Assembly (NCBI RefSeq): GCF_018977255.1 | Contig: NW_024704742.1 | Location: 50,966,001 to 51,030,000, forward strand | DNA length: 64,000 nucleotides | Source of the DNA: Callorhinchus milii | Lineage: Eukaryota | Reading direction: 5' to 3' | Shown here: positions 25,246 through 37,545 of the stretch, in pieces | Layout of the letters: every line of letters begins with the position of its first letter | How positions within the stretch are numbered: position 1 is the first letter of the stretch | Position numbers and translations under genes: made by a program | Notes under the pieces: model-generated | What the model was told of the DNA's origin: nothing | Database searches by the model: none | Seen by the model: only the letters and a program-made list of their open reading frames with translations

Positions 25246-26530
25246 AACAACAACAACATTACATTTCTTTAATGCCTTTCATGTCGGGAGCACGTCCCAA
25301 AGCATATCAGTGTTTCAGACCCGTGCTGGGGGTCAGGATCGGGGAGGGTGGAGAGCAGGGGCGGAAAGAGGGTGACCAAAGGCACAGTCAAGAGGAGGGT
25401 CTTGAGACAGTTCTTAAAGGAGGCAAGGGAGGAGGCAAGGTGGATGGACTGTGGGATGGAGTTCCAGAGGGTAGGGGCAGAGTGGCTGAGGGCCTGCCTG
25501 CCAATGGTGGGGCAGGCGAGGTGGGGGACGTGAAGCAGGCCGGAGCTCGCTGAGCAGAGGGAGTGGGCAATTTGGTAGGGGTTTAGAAGGTTGTAGAGGT
25601 AGGAGGGAGCAAGGTCATGGAGGGCTTTCAAGGTGAGGACCAGGATCTTGTATTGACCCCATGTCTGCGGATGATGTCACCAAGATGGCGCATATAGATA
25701 TTGAAGAGGAGGGGATCAAAGACAGAGTTCTGAGGAACGCCACACGAGACAATGCGGGGGCTAGAGGAGAAGCCGTTTGTGGAGATGAAGTGGAGACAAT
25801 GTGAGAGGTACAATCTGAACCATTCAAGGACAGAATAATAAAACTTGAAGTGAGAGGAGAGGTGGTGGAGGAGGATAGAGTGGTCAACGGTATCAAAGGC
25901 AGCAGAGAGATCAAGGAGGATAAGGAGGCAGATGGAGCCCTGGGCGCAGATGGACAGAATGTCATTTGCCACTTTGACCAGGGCTGTTTCTGTGCTGTGG
26001 GCGGCACAGAAACCCGATTGGAGGGGTTCGTGAAGTGTGGGGTGGGGGAGGGAGAGGAAAGAGCAAAGCTGGGAAGCAACCTTAGCAAAGCTGAGAAGCA
26101 GGCCCTTAGGAAGGAAAGAGAGGTTGGAGATAGGGTGGTAGTTTGAGAGCAGGGATGGGTCCAGGAAGGTTTTTTTTTAAGGAAAGGAGTGATGATGGCC
26201 ATTTTTAGATGGGTGGGAATGGTGCCAGGGGACAGGGAGAGGTTTATGATGTCTGTGAGTAGAGGGGCAAGGAGGTGGAGCTGGGAGCTAAGGAGAGGGG
26301 TAGGGATGGGGTTGAGAGAGCAGATGGTCGGTTTCATGGGGTTACAGTGGTGGTGAGAAAGAAGTGGGAGACAGGTTCGAAGGTGTAGAGGGAGGGATGG
26401 GTAGGGGCTGGGGTGTGAGGGGGAGATGGGGAGGGGGTATTGGTCGGAAGAGCAGAGGCAGCTGAGCGGATCCTCTCAACTTTGGTTTCGTGGAAATTCA
26501 GCATCTCCTTGCATTTGGTGTTGGAGGAGT
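25246..26530 (-). mobile_element. L2-clade LINE, internally deleted
   Basis: KPTICSLNPIPTPLL...IINLSL...DLSAAFDTVDHSIL...GVPQ joined at about 25650 directly to the KALHDLAPSYL region and tail. Confidence 0.9.
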
Positions 26531-27979
26531 AACTGCTTTACAGATAATTCTCTGTGTTATAAATCAAATAAATATGATTGATAACTGTAATTAACCTTAA
26601 CTCACCGATTTTTTTTTTTAAATTACCAAATAAAGCCTTTGTTTGATTCTGTTTCTCTTCTTTCACATTGTCTTTTTGTTTTTAACTATTTTCATTCACA
26701 TAAAAAGACATACTAGCACATCCAAGATATAGATGTGCCTTTTTGGGTACAATCCTTCCAAAATTGGATCGTAACAATGCAGACCAGACTACATAATCAC
26801 AAAGAGTCAAACTGCATATATGTGGTCTCATTTTCCAAAAGAGGTCAATGCATCCAGACTGGACTACATTAGAATTTTTCCAAATACTTCCATTTTCATT
26901 TCAGAAAGCATGTTGGCGTTCATACTTAGAACACAAAATACAGTATCTTGCATTATCTTTTACTCTCCCCACCACCATTTTTAAACAATATTCATTTAAA
27001 GTATTTGTTAGGAGACTCCAAAGCAAGTCTAAATTAAAGGCAAAACTAATTTTACAATTAGGAAACATTTAATCAGTTTCTACTCTTGTGGAAACCATTG
27101 TAATTTTACTTCCATTCACCCACAGAAGCTTCTGCTTGCAGTTAGTTTTGAAAGTAATAAACAATATCTGTTCTGCTTAGGTTGGCATTTCCTTGGTGGC
27201 AGAGGAAGGTAGGAACAAAAAGGTAAGGCCAGTAGGAACAAAACCAGTTTGCTTGCTTTCTTCCTTCCATAACGGAGGGTCCCTGAGTACAAACACTACA
27301 AAAGTTCCCCCGTCTGAGATTAGCTAACCTAAAACTGATTATTCTTCTATGTACAGCTCAAAACCACACCATGCTGTGCATTTAGACACCGAGTTCCTGG
27401 AGTAGCCAAAGAGATGCTCCAGTCGAGATACTGGAGTAGCATTGTTTGTTTTCCATTAACTAAGCCTGCCTCACACAACAAAGGCTGTTTTTCCCTATAA
27501 GATGATTGCATTGCCAACAGAAGCAATACTGGGTTGAAAATAGCAATTTTAGTGCTGTGTGAGTTACCTCTGAGGGTATAACAGTTACTTTCTTTAAATA
27601 CATAGTTTGTCATTGACTTTCGAGGTGCGACTGACAGTAAACCGAGTATAAATAATTTTTATATTCTCTCTCTCTTACTTGCTCCTAATGGTTCTATTTT
27701 ACAATAAATTGAAACTTCACAAAGGCTATAAATGGTTAGAATGAATAATAACTTTATGATACATTTAAATACTCTATTAACTTATATCCATAACAATTAA
27801 TTGCTTCAATGAAGAAGTTGTATGAATTGCCCTAAACCGAGATTAACAGACACAGTTTGACAGGAAATCCAGTCATGTTTTATCAGCAAAAAAAACGCCC
27901 TCTAGCCCTCTGAATTTAAAAAAATCTTTTACACAACTGTCTTAAAACACTGAACAATCGAGGATTCATTTTCTATCTA

Positions 27980-28252
<273 letters not shown>

Positions 28253-29519
28253 CTACGATAGGACCTGAAACAAAAAATGATTCAATACATTAATACAGGT
28301 TTCCTAATCTAAAAAAGAAAGCTTTAAAATACACTAGTAACTTGAAAAAAGTTACTAAAGCTTAATTCATAGGAATAAACAAGGGATTTGCAAAATTAAA
28401 CAAATTTGAGTGCAAGTATTGAATTATTAATGAATGAATTGTGATGGTAAAAAAAAGTTTTAGTCATCCCTGTGACTAACAAATGCAGGAATCAGTATGA
28501 TTACGAGTATTCAAACCAGACTAAGAGTTCAACATATGTCTATGCCATCTAAACATGGATACTTTTCTATGTGTGGAATAATAATAATCCTTGCATTTGA
28601 TACAGCGCCTTATCATATTGAGACTTCTCAAAGCGCTTCACAGAACATACTGTAAGTGAATGAACTGTATATTTTGTCAGTGAATGGAACGCATACTCTC
28701 TCCATGTCAGACTGCTTACCCAATCTGGAGAGTATTAGACGTGGTAAGGGCCAACAAATGGGAAGGAGTATGAATTGGAGTACTGCTGAAGTTTAACCAC
28801 CTAAAACCGTAATAGCTTGCCCCTGAGAGCACTGAGCTCTAATGTCCAACAAACATCCATGAAGTGAGTGACCAAATTGTTGGCCTGGATACCAGGTGAA
28901 ACTCCCTTTTCGAATAGTGCTAGGATGATTAACATCTATCTGAATAGGCAGACGGGACCTCGGTATAATGTCTCATCAGAAGAATAGCACCTACAAAATG
29001 TAGCACACCTACAGCACTGCATTCGTCCCATCTACCTGCTCAAGTGAATATTAATGATCCCATGCCACTATTCAAAAGGGAATGCAGTTTGCAAATTTGT
29101 AAAGATATCATGGCAAACAATTTCCTTGATAAAACTGGCTGTTTGTGTGACAATGCCGTGTACAAATTGTGGTATAATTTGCATTTAGTTTAAAATACAA
29201 TATTTGCATGAATGACATTTAATACAAAAAGCACCGCTATGAAGGAAGCGTGAAGGCAAATCATTGGCAATAGATCTGCTTTAGTAGCACTGGAAATTCT
29301 TCAATGGTAACAGTGATCATATTACAGTAGCAGAAACTTCATATTTAGTTAAACTGAATGAAATGAACCTCCCAAAAAGATGGGTTTCATTTATTTCAAT
29401 TCAGAATATTTCTTATCACAAATGAGAATCAAATTGCTTGGGTCCCCTTCTTACCCATACCCTTTGCCCCTCGTCATTCCCCAGCTACCAAAGGCAATGC
29501 TGTTAATTCCTGATTTTGT

Positions 29520-29890
29520 TGAGTGGGGAGGACCAGCTAGGTCAGTCATAAGATGTCCCAGACATGGAGTGGGTTAAGGGCATGAAGGAATTTTAAAGTT
29601 ATGGATGAATATTTGGAATTACATCCACTAGAGATTGGGGAGTTAGTGGAGTCGAGTTTGGGGGTGATGGGCTCCTGGAGCCTGGATTGAAAAAGGAGGG
29701 GCATATGCTGAGTTCTGGAATGGTCTGTAGTTTGTGCATGGAGAAATAAGTCAATCAGAGTATTGGAATAATTGAGCCTGGATAAAATGATGGTTTGGGA
29801 TAAGGGTCTCATCAATCTGAGGCAGAGATAGTGGTGGCAGCAAGCAATAATCCAGAGAGAAAACTGGGGGAGTCTCCTTCTGGCTCTAAG
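29520..29890 (-). mobile_element. Old L2-clade LINE fragment
   Basis: ILSRLNYSNTL motif, degenerate. Confidence 0.6.
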
Positions 29891-29899
29891 GTGACATGC

Positions 29900-30376
29900 T
29901 GACAATGGAATATCAGAATCAAGTCAACCCTCGGTGATGGTATCAGTCGTCCGATTCGGGGATAGACAGGTCCACAGTACTACCGGGCATTGCTGATTGC
30001 AGACCAGGCAGCCAAGCTCACTGGCAGGACTCAGAAGTGCACACCAGTCACTGAGATAGAAGATTCTTGTCGCTCAGCTCCTGATAACCTCACAAGCCAA
30101 TGCCCTCAAGCTAGGGGCATCCTAGCTGGACAAGCAGCAGGAAGTATGCCAAACTGTGCAACACTCCGGGGTCTCCAAACCAAACTCTTGCTAATCAGCA
30201 CCTAATTCTATTCAGAATTAGCTAAACAGTGTGAGCGTGCAAGTTTCATTCGAGACATGGGGAAATTTCCATGTGTAGGGGATGTACATACATATGTGGA
30301 ATTCTCAGTTTGCTTTGGATACTCTTAAGCATGGTAATGGGTTTCCACACGTGTCTCAGACACCCGAGTGGCCAAA
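29900..30376 (+). repeat. Unclassified ~500-bp repeat, copy
   Basis: Collinear with 4090-4550 (e.g. AGATTCTT.TC.CTCAGCTCCTG.TAAC); ends GGGTTTCCACACGTGTCTCAGACACCCGAGTGGCCAAA. Confidence 0.75.
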
Positions 30377-31504
30377 TTTTTGTTTAATAATTGCCTGAAA
30401 AGGCAAATGTGACATCCGTTTAGCGTCTCATCTAAACACTTCTCTCAACAGCATTCCTTTGTACTGTAATGGAGTATTATCCTCGAGATCTAACGCAGGA
30501 CTTGAACCCACAATAATCTAACCCAATCGTGGTACCAATCAAGACAATCACACCACAAAGAGTTACAAACGATACAGATCTCACAGTCAATTTCGATGAA
30601 AACTCTGTTCGAGTATCCTTAAGGTTTCCAGAACAATTCAAACTAATATGAACAAAACGTTATGGCAGATCGGCTAAAGTAATACCTGTATAAAATGTGG
30701 TCAGTCAACCCACGACTGTTTGTGGGACACTGCTGTGCTCAATGGGCTGCCGCGTTTCGCCCCACAAAAGATACGGTCAATTCACTTTACAGTACATTCC
30801 GTGAAGCGCTTTTGAGGCGTCTCAAACAACGCGACAAGGCACTACGCGAAATGCAAGGATTATTATTGCGTGCGTGCGTGTGTGTAAAAAAAAGCAAAAG
30901 CAGTTTTAGTATTTAACAGCTTATTTAACAACACTGAGAAGCCAGTGTTAACCATTTGAACTCAAAACCAGCAACCGGTCTTTCGCAACAAGGAACCAGA
31001 AATATCAGGAGTCATTGTGCTGCTGGTTATGTGCAGTCACTTGACATCAGTCTATTCCCCTTCACGTCGCTGCTGCTTGTAATGGGGAGGGAGAGGCAGA
31101 CTTCCTGCAGCCACAAGCCCTTTCTCTCTCCTCTCTCTTACTCTGTCCTAACAAAGCCGGTGTTGCTGATCCGATTTCACACCAAACCTCCCACCCTGTC
31201 CGCTTTCACAGCCCTCCTTTGCGAACGAAAAGAGCAGCAGAGAGCAAGTCTGCACCATTTGCTCCTCTCTCCCTCTCTTGCCCACTGTTGCTCTGCAGCC
31301 AAACCTAACTTCCTGCAGCACCAGATCAATTCATTGCCTTTTACACTTTCGGTATCAATGTAAAGTGCTTTTGCAAAGTACTCTCTCTCTCTCTCTCTAT
31401 GTATATATATATATATGTGTGTACTGTGCGGCAGTGTATTTAAAGGCTGGACGCTGCTCTGGTCTAAGTGAAGGGACGGGGAGCCCTGGAGGGTTGGTGC
31501 CCCC

Positions 31505-31599
31505 GGGGTGGGGGGAGAGGGTGGGTGGGGTGGGGGAGAGGGTGGGTGGGGGTGGGGGGAGAGGGTGGGTGGGGGTGGGGGGAGAGGGTGGGTGGGGGG
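31505..31599 (+). repeat. G-rich minisatellite, about 4 copies of GGGGAGAGGGTGGGTGGGGGT
   Basis: Directly visible tandem units with many G-runs of 3 or more. Confidence 0.9.
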
Positions 31600-31643
31600 T
31601 TACTGCCTCTCTCAGCAGCGCTCAGGAGGCACTGACCACTCAC

Positions 31644-31950
31644 CTGTCTGTCCAGCCCGCACCTGCTGCTCACCCCCCACCTCCTCGCTCTGAGCAACCC
31701 GCAAACTTCACAGCAACGGGACACACAAGCACCGCACTGGCTCAGTCTGTGGCTGTCTGGCTCCTCGTTGACAGCTACTACACACACACACACATACACA
31801 CACACACACACACTGCGCTGCGCAGCCCCAGTGGAGCAGACTGGGACTGGAGCGGACAGAAGCCGAGTCCGCACTGTACCTGCAGCAAGATCGGTTCAGC
31901 TCGACATCAGGTCCTGCTGGACACGCAGTGGCTGAGCATCGCTAATGGAA
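31644..31950 (-). other. TEC: Candidate non-coding first exon / promoter region of TEC
   Basis: Locally CpG/GC-rich patch 3.4 kb upstream of the first coding exon. Consensus minus-strand donor cag|GTGAGT at 31643 and a second cag|GTACAG at 31879. ETS-type ACTTCCTG motifs near 31100 and 31309. The upstream limit is a guess. Confidence 0.45.
31778..31813 (+). repeat. (CA)n microsatellite
   Basis: Visible in sequence. Confidence 0.9.
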
Positions 31951-32040
31951 AGTGAATGCACCGCCACCTACACAGGAATTGCTATCGGTTAAAGCTCTTG
32001 TGATCTGGTGACCGTTTGCTTTCCCATCGTAACATGTTGT

Positions 32041-32100
32041 ATGTATGTGTGTGTGTGTGTATGTGTGTGTGTGTGTGTGTATGTGTGTGTGTGTGTGTGT
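32041..32100 (+). repeat. (TG)n microsatellite with TA interruptions
   Basis: Visible in sequence. Confidence 0.9.
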
Positions 32101-32313
32101 AGGGCTATGCAAACTTGTGGGTAGAAATTGCACCTGTGCCTATTCCATTAAAGCAGCACTTCAGAGCATCCAGAATTAGTCAAGTTTATTTATATTTTGT
32201 CAGCTGGGCTGACACAAGAGGAACCCCCCCCCCACCCCACCCCCTCCCCAATGCTTAACATTTGTGAACTTGTTTCATCAGCTGCCTGTGTGTATGTTTT
32301 GGGATTCTCAGGT

Positions 32314-32730
32314 ATCAGCTCGGTTCAGTTGGTAGCACTCTTCCCTCAGGGTTGAAAGGTTGTGAGTTCAACCCCACCACCACCACCACCAGGAATTTTG
32401 AACTCAGTCCAGGCTGACATATTTCAGTGCGGTGTTGCGGAGTGTTGCACAATCGGAAATGCCGTAACTCAGATGAGACGCTTTAACCAAGGTCATAATT
32501 AGGGGCTTCAGGTAGACATTAAAGACCCATGGCACTTTCGATGTTTTGGCTAAAAATCCCCAGATAAAAAAAAAATGATCATTAACCTCATGGTTGTTTG
32601 TGGGAAATTGCTGTGCACACAATGGCTGACATATTCACTACAAAATGCATAGTAACTACAATCTACAGTAAATGCTAGGAAGCGCGCTTTGAGATATCCT
32701 GACGTGAAAGGTTGCTACTGTATATCAAAT
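32314..32730 (+). mobile_element. Old Deu-domain-like SINE
   Basis: tRNA-like head, AGGCTGACA...CAGATGAGACG.TTAACC.AGG core, GTTTGTGGGA..TTGCTGTG block and L2-like tail. Confidence 0.7.
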
Positions 32731-32769
32731 GTGAGTATTAATTGGTATTAATAACAATAATAATTAAGT

Positions 32770-33230
32770 ACCCATACCACAGAGAGGTCCACGTGTGTAT
32801 GCCACTTACACATTGAAATGTACCTGTGTGTGGAGGAAATACACCCAGCGTACCTAATCCCAAGAGAATTAGGCACATGTTGGCAAAGGAGAGGGATTGG
32901 GAATGCCAGATTGTACTGCTGCCAACCAAAATTGCACCTCTTGTCATTGAGAGCACTGTCTGGCAAACTTCCCACTGCTTATCCATCTAGGGCCATACTG
33001 TCCAATCCGACTTTGTCTTGCAGGATTATCGAGCGCTGGGTGGAAATAATCCATACTCCCGGTGACTGGTCTGCACCCCCAAATCATGGTGATAAGCCAG
33101 GTTGGCTGGCCTGTCATCAGAAATGCCCTACAGTATTGTGGACCCACATCGCTCAAACAACCAGACTGTTGAGATGACTACGGAGGGTTTACTCGATTCC
33201 AACATTCCGTTGTCAAACATGGCAACGTGG
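32770..33230 (-). repeat. Unclassified ~500-bp repeat, copy (reverse orientation)
   Basis: Reverse complement ...GGTCCACAATACT...CCAGCCAACCTGGCTTATCA...GCAGACCAGTCAC...CCTAGATGGATAAGCAGTGGGAAGTTTGCCAGACA matches 4090-4350 and 43900-44110. Confidence 0.75.
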
Positions 33231-35609
33231 AGCCAGTTTAATTTTGAAGTGTTTTGCATCAATTCTTTTAAGACCTACTGAAAATGTTAAACACTGTAAG
33301 TTAGAATTTGCCAAATTCTGCACACTATTAAATGCTACCTCAATAGACTAAATCTAAAGCCATGTGGAATTTGTACCAACATGTCACTTCTCAGGAACTA
33401 CTATACAAAATTGTGACTGTCTTATTTTGCATTTGTTATTGCGCAAGGCTGAGTTCACCACCAGAGACCCCAAATTTTTAATGATGTTAGTCGTAAGACT
33501 TGTGCCTTAAAATTCAACGACCTTCAGACTTCATGCATTCAATGACCAGGTTATCAAAAGTTGCACATATTTATTGTGATAAAACTTTTGACAAATATTT
33601 GTCTTGGAGAATTCTGAGTCACTGTGGCATGACAGATCATTACTGGTTACTAAATAAAATTACTTCTGCACATTGCTGCTTATCAGCTTTGTAAACAAAA
33701 CTGCAACTGATCAAAAAGTTATTTTAAGCTATTCTATTTTGTAGCATCTGCCAGTTCTAAGTTACTAAGACTGACAAAAGGTCCAGTCAATAAGGTTTTC
33801 AGGTACCTTTCCACCAAAGAATAATCCCTGAATCTTGTACCTCCAGTAATGATTAATGAAAAGTAGCTTGGTTTAACTTGCTAATTTTGTGCTCTGCTAA
33901 ACATAGTCCTGAGAATGGAGCTACAACAGACCTAGCACTCTTTGCAGTAATTCAAGTAGAACAATCATGATATCAACCTCAACAGTGGTAAATTTCTGAC
34001 TTGGTATGGCTTCATACATTTCCTTTGATCTTTCTCTTTTCAGATAATAAGGTAAAGTGAAGTTAAATTTCTGCATAGTCCCTTACCTGGTAACTCCCTA
34101 TTTATAGTTTAAACTCTCATTGTTTGCTGCTTGGAGGATATATAATGAGAACTGGGCCCACACTTGTTTCAAATGGTTCAATGAGAATATTGCGGAATGT
34201 ACAATGATGTTTTCTTCACTTTCTTTGGGGCCCTCAGTTCTCAATCTCTTTCTGCACTCTTATGAGGTTTGGGAGTATTGCACATATCTGATATGAACAG
34301 CTGCTCTGGTTTTACTTGTCCAATCCTACACCACATGAGTCTAACATTAAGCTGCTGCTGGAAAGAGGTTTTGGGAATGTGTGAATTGTTTTTGTATAAT
34401 TGTGTTGAATTGGCCTCTTAAAGGTACCACAGCCCCTCAAGTGTTTGTGACAGTGCACCTGTATGCGTGCTGGCCGATTGCAACATCTGTACAGCACATG
34501 AGCCTGCCATCATTAAAGATGGTGCATATGGCATGAGAAGCACATTCAATTTCAGGAGTACAAGTACACTGCTTTCAAAAAATACTATTAATAAAGTCCA
34601 TTTAAGGTATGAATTCAACTCCCATGTACTTTTTTTTACCCTCTCCAGTTCCGAAGAAGAAACAGCTTCCAAATTAACACTGAATTTTGAGAATCTTCCA
34701 CAATTCTGTCTGATCTTAAATTTTAAGACAAAATGGAAATCGATGGAATTTTGAGTCTTTGCTGATGCAAGACATTACTTATTGAATTCTAGGGTTTTTT
34801 GGCCAAATGTTATTTTTAAGGTCATGGTCATTTGTGATGTAGAAGCCAATAACTCGAACACATATGGATAATTAACATGTATTCTGTAATTACAAGCATA
34901 TAATGACCGTAAAAAAGGGAACGTTTTTAGCAATTTGTTAAGTTATTAAAAAGGCATTTCACTACCATAGTAAACTATAGAATCAATGTTTCTGCAACAG
35001 TATCAGGAAGTAATTTAGCAAGTACTGTGTTATGAATCCATTTGGAACAATCGAAAGCTGCATTGTAATTTTGTGTAAAAACAATACTCCTGCTTAATAA
35101 ACTATTGTTTCCTTTTCTCACTACCAATAAGAGGAATAATGCACATACTGGGAAATGCACAAACATGTAATGGAGTATACGTTCATAATTTCCATAATGC
35201 AAACCAGATGCAAATCGGGATCATACACTAAATAAAATCTCTTATAAACTCACAATGTTCTTTGGGTCTGTGGGAACATAGTTGATTCCAGTGAAGCTTT
35301 CCTTCACTGCAGAAGTAGAAATGTATAAATTGTAATCCAAAGTGGTGTCTGGCTTTTCATCTCAACTTTATCATAACATAAATAATAAAGAACAAAATCA
35401 ACCTGAAGAAATACTTATTGAACCATTGGATCCATATATACATATTTAATGAGAGAAAAACACTCCTGCAATTAAGCAAATTGAATTAACTACAGTATAA
35501 ATAACAAAAGTAAATTATGTGTAGTTATGATAGCTCACCATATCTACTTAGAACTCTAGAAATCTACAACACAGAAATTTACAATGCAGAAGAAAGTCAT
35601 TCAGCTGAC

Positions 35610-36215
35610 CATGTCTGTGCTCACATTGTCAGTCTCCGTCCCCACCTCACAACCAAAGCAGCCAAAACCCTCGTCCACTCCTGCGTCACTTCCCAGCTGC
35701 ACTATTCCAATGCCCTCCAATCTGGTTTCCCCAGCTCCAACTTACACAAAATTCAACTAATTCAAAACTCCACTGCCCGGATACTCACCTGCACAAAACT
35801 CTGTATCCCCATCACATCAGCCCTTGCCAGACTCCATTGGCTCCCAATTACCGAACGGATCAATTTCAAGATCCTTTCACTTGTTTTCAAATCTCTTCAT
35901 GCCCTCACGCCTCCCTACCTCCCAATTCGATATGCTTGCCTCCGCTCAGCTACTTTCAGCCTCCTATTTTATCTCATCCCCTCTAGCATTGGTGGCCGTG
36001 CCTAGAGTCACTATGCCCCAAAACTCTGGAACATCTCTCCCTCAATCCCTCCGCCTTTCCCCTCCCTCCTGCCTAAAGACCTTCCTTTTTGATGGTGCTT
36101 ACAGTCACCTCCTCCATCCCTCTCCCCCTGGCTCGGGGTTAGACTCCATCACAGACAAGCACTACGGGACACTACCCCGCTTGAAGGGCGCTATATAAAA
36201 GCAACTTGTAGTTGC
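35610..36215 (+). mobile_element. L2-clade LINE fragment
   Basis: AAKTLVHSCVTSQLHYSNAL...IQLIQNSTARIL...LHWLPITERINFKIL plus tail. Confidence 0.88.
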
Positions 36216-36577
36216 TACCTCTTTGAAAGAGCAATCCATTCATTTCCATTTACCTGTCTTTACGTCAATAGACCTATACAACAACAACTCGTATTTATTA
36301 TAGGACCTTCTTGTAGGATAATATCTTGGAGCTCTTTGCAGGGTTTGACACAGAGAGGGAGAGGAGGTGGCAATAGGCGCTTTCAGAGAAGTAGGATTTT
36401 AAGGTAGGACTTAAAGACAGAAAGAGAAGTTAAATCATAGAAATCTACAGCATTTTACAGTGACTGTCAGGATTTCTTTTTCAGATATTCATGCCTCCTT
36501 ATTTTAAGTTAGGAGGTGCAGCACTTTCTGGATAAGTCAATCTCTGCCTCCCACTAGTAGTAAAAATAGGAGCAACT

Positions 36578-36866
36578 GATAATAATCCTTGCATTTGATA
36601 TAGCGCTTCACAGAACACACTGTAAAGTGAATTGACTGTATATTTGTGGGCGAACGCGGCAGCCAATTGCGCCACAACAATGTTCCACAAAGAGTCGTAG
36701 ATTGAAAATGACCAATTTATTACTGTTTTTGGTTTTGGAGGGATTATTATTAGGCTCTGTGTGGAGTAAGGAAACTTGCCCAAGGTTTCGCCTTCTGCCT
36801 GGAATTGAACTCAGGTCTCTTGCTTGCAAAGCGAGTGCTCTAACCACTGAGCTACAGGACTCCACA
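36578..36866 (-). mobile_element. tRNA-Ala-derived SINE with tail stem-loop deleted
   Basis: Full head and body; tail collapsed between the two AGCGCT copies. Confidence 0.9.
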
Positions 36867-36889
36867 GTCCTGTGGTGGTAGAGTGATAT

Positions 36890-37545
36890 GACATAATACC
36901 AGGCCATTTGGGTCCAACTAGCTCATACTCGTGTTTGTGCTCCACACAAGCCCTCCCATTCTCCCCTTTATTGCCTTCTCCTTCAATGTAGGTATTGAGA
37001 TTTCTCTTAAATACATTGATTTGTTTTGCTTCAACCACAGCATACAACATTGGGTTCATATACTAACCACACTCTGCCTGAAGAGATTCCTTCTAAAGTT
37101 CCTATTATCTTTACTATTGGCTATCTTATTGTGGAGTCCTGTAGCTCAGTGGTTAGAGCACTCGCTTTGCAAGTGAGAGACCTGAGTTCAATTCCAGGCA
37201 GGGCGAAACCTTGGGCAAGTTTCCTTACTCCACACGCCTAATAATATCCCTCCAAAAAACCAAAAACAATAATTAAATTGGTCATTTTCAATCTACGACT
37301 GTTTGTGGGACATTGCTGTGCGCAATTGGCTGCCGCGTTCGCCCACAAATATACAGTCAATTCACTTTACAGTGTGTTCTGTGAAGCGCTTTGGGACGTC
37401 CTTCCGACGTGAAAAGCGCTATATCAAATGCAAGGATTATTATTATTATTATTATTATTATGTTTGTGTCCTCTTGTTTTGGACTTGCCGACACGTGGAA
37501 ACAGCCTTTCAAAATCTTGAACACCTCTATCAGGTTCCCTCTTAA
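36890..37545 (-). mobile_element. CR1-clade LINE 3' fragment interrupted by a SINE
   Basis: LRGNLIEVFKILKG at 37500-37545, AVVEAKQINVFKRNLNTY at about 37000-37045, and a 3' end GTTGGACCCAAATGGCCT. Confidence 0.75.
37130..37460 (+). mobile_element. tRNA-Ala-derived SINE, full-length young copy
   Basis: As above, with a long (TTA)n tail. Confidence 0.93.

Noticed and set aside
31278..31955. 225-aa plus-strand ORF and overlapping ORFs
   Set aside because: Open only because of microsatellites and G-rich repeats; no recognisable protein.
37130..37205. tRNA-Ala(TGC)-like sequences (also at 7490-7566, 23337, 58821 and others)
   Set aside because: They lack a paired acceptor stem and always continue into the same SINE body and tail, so they are SINE heads rather than tRNA genes.
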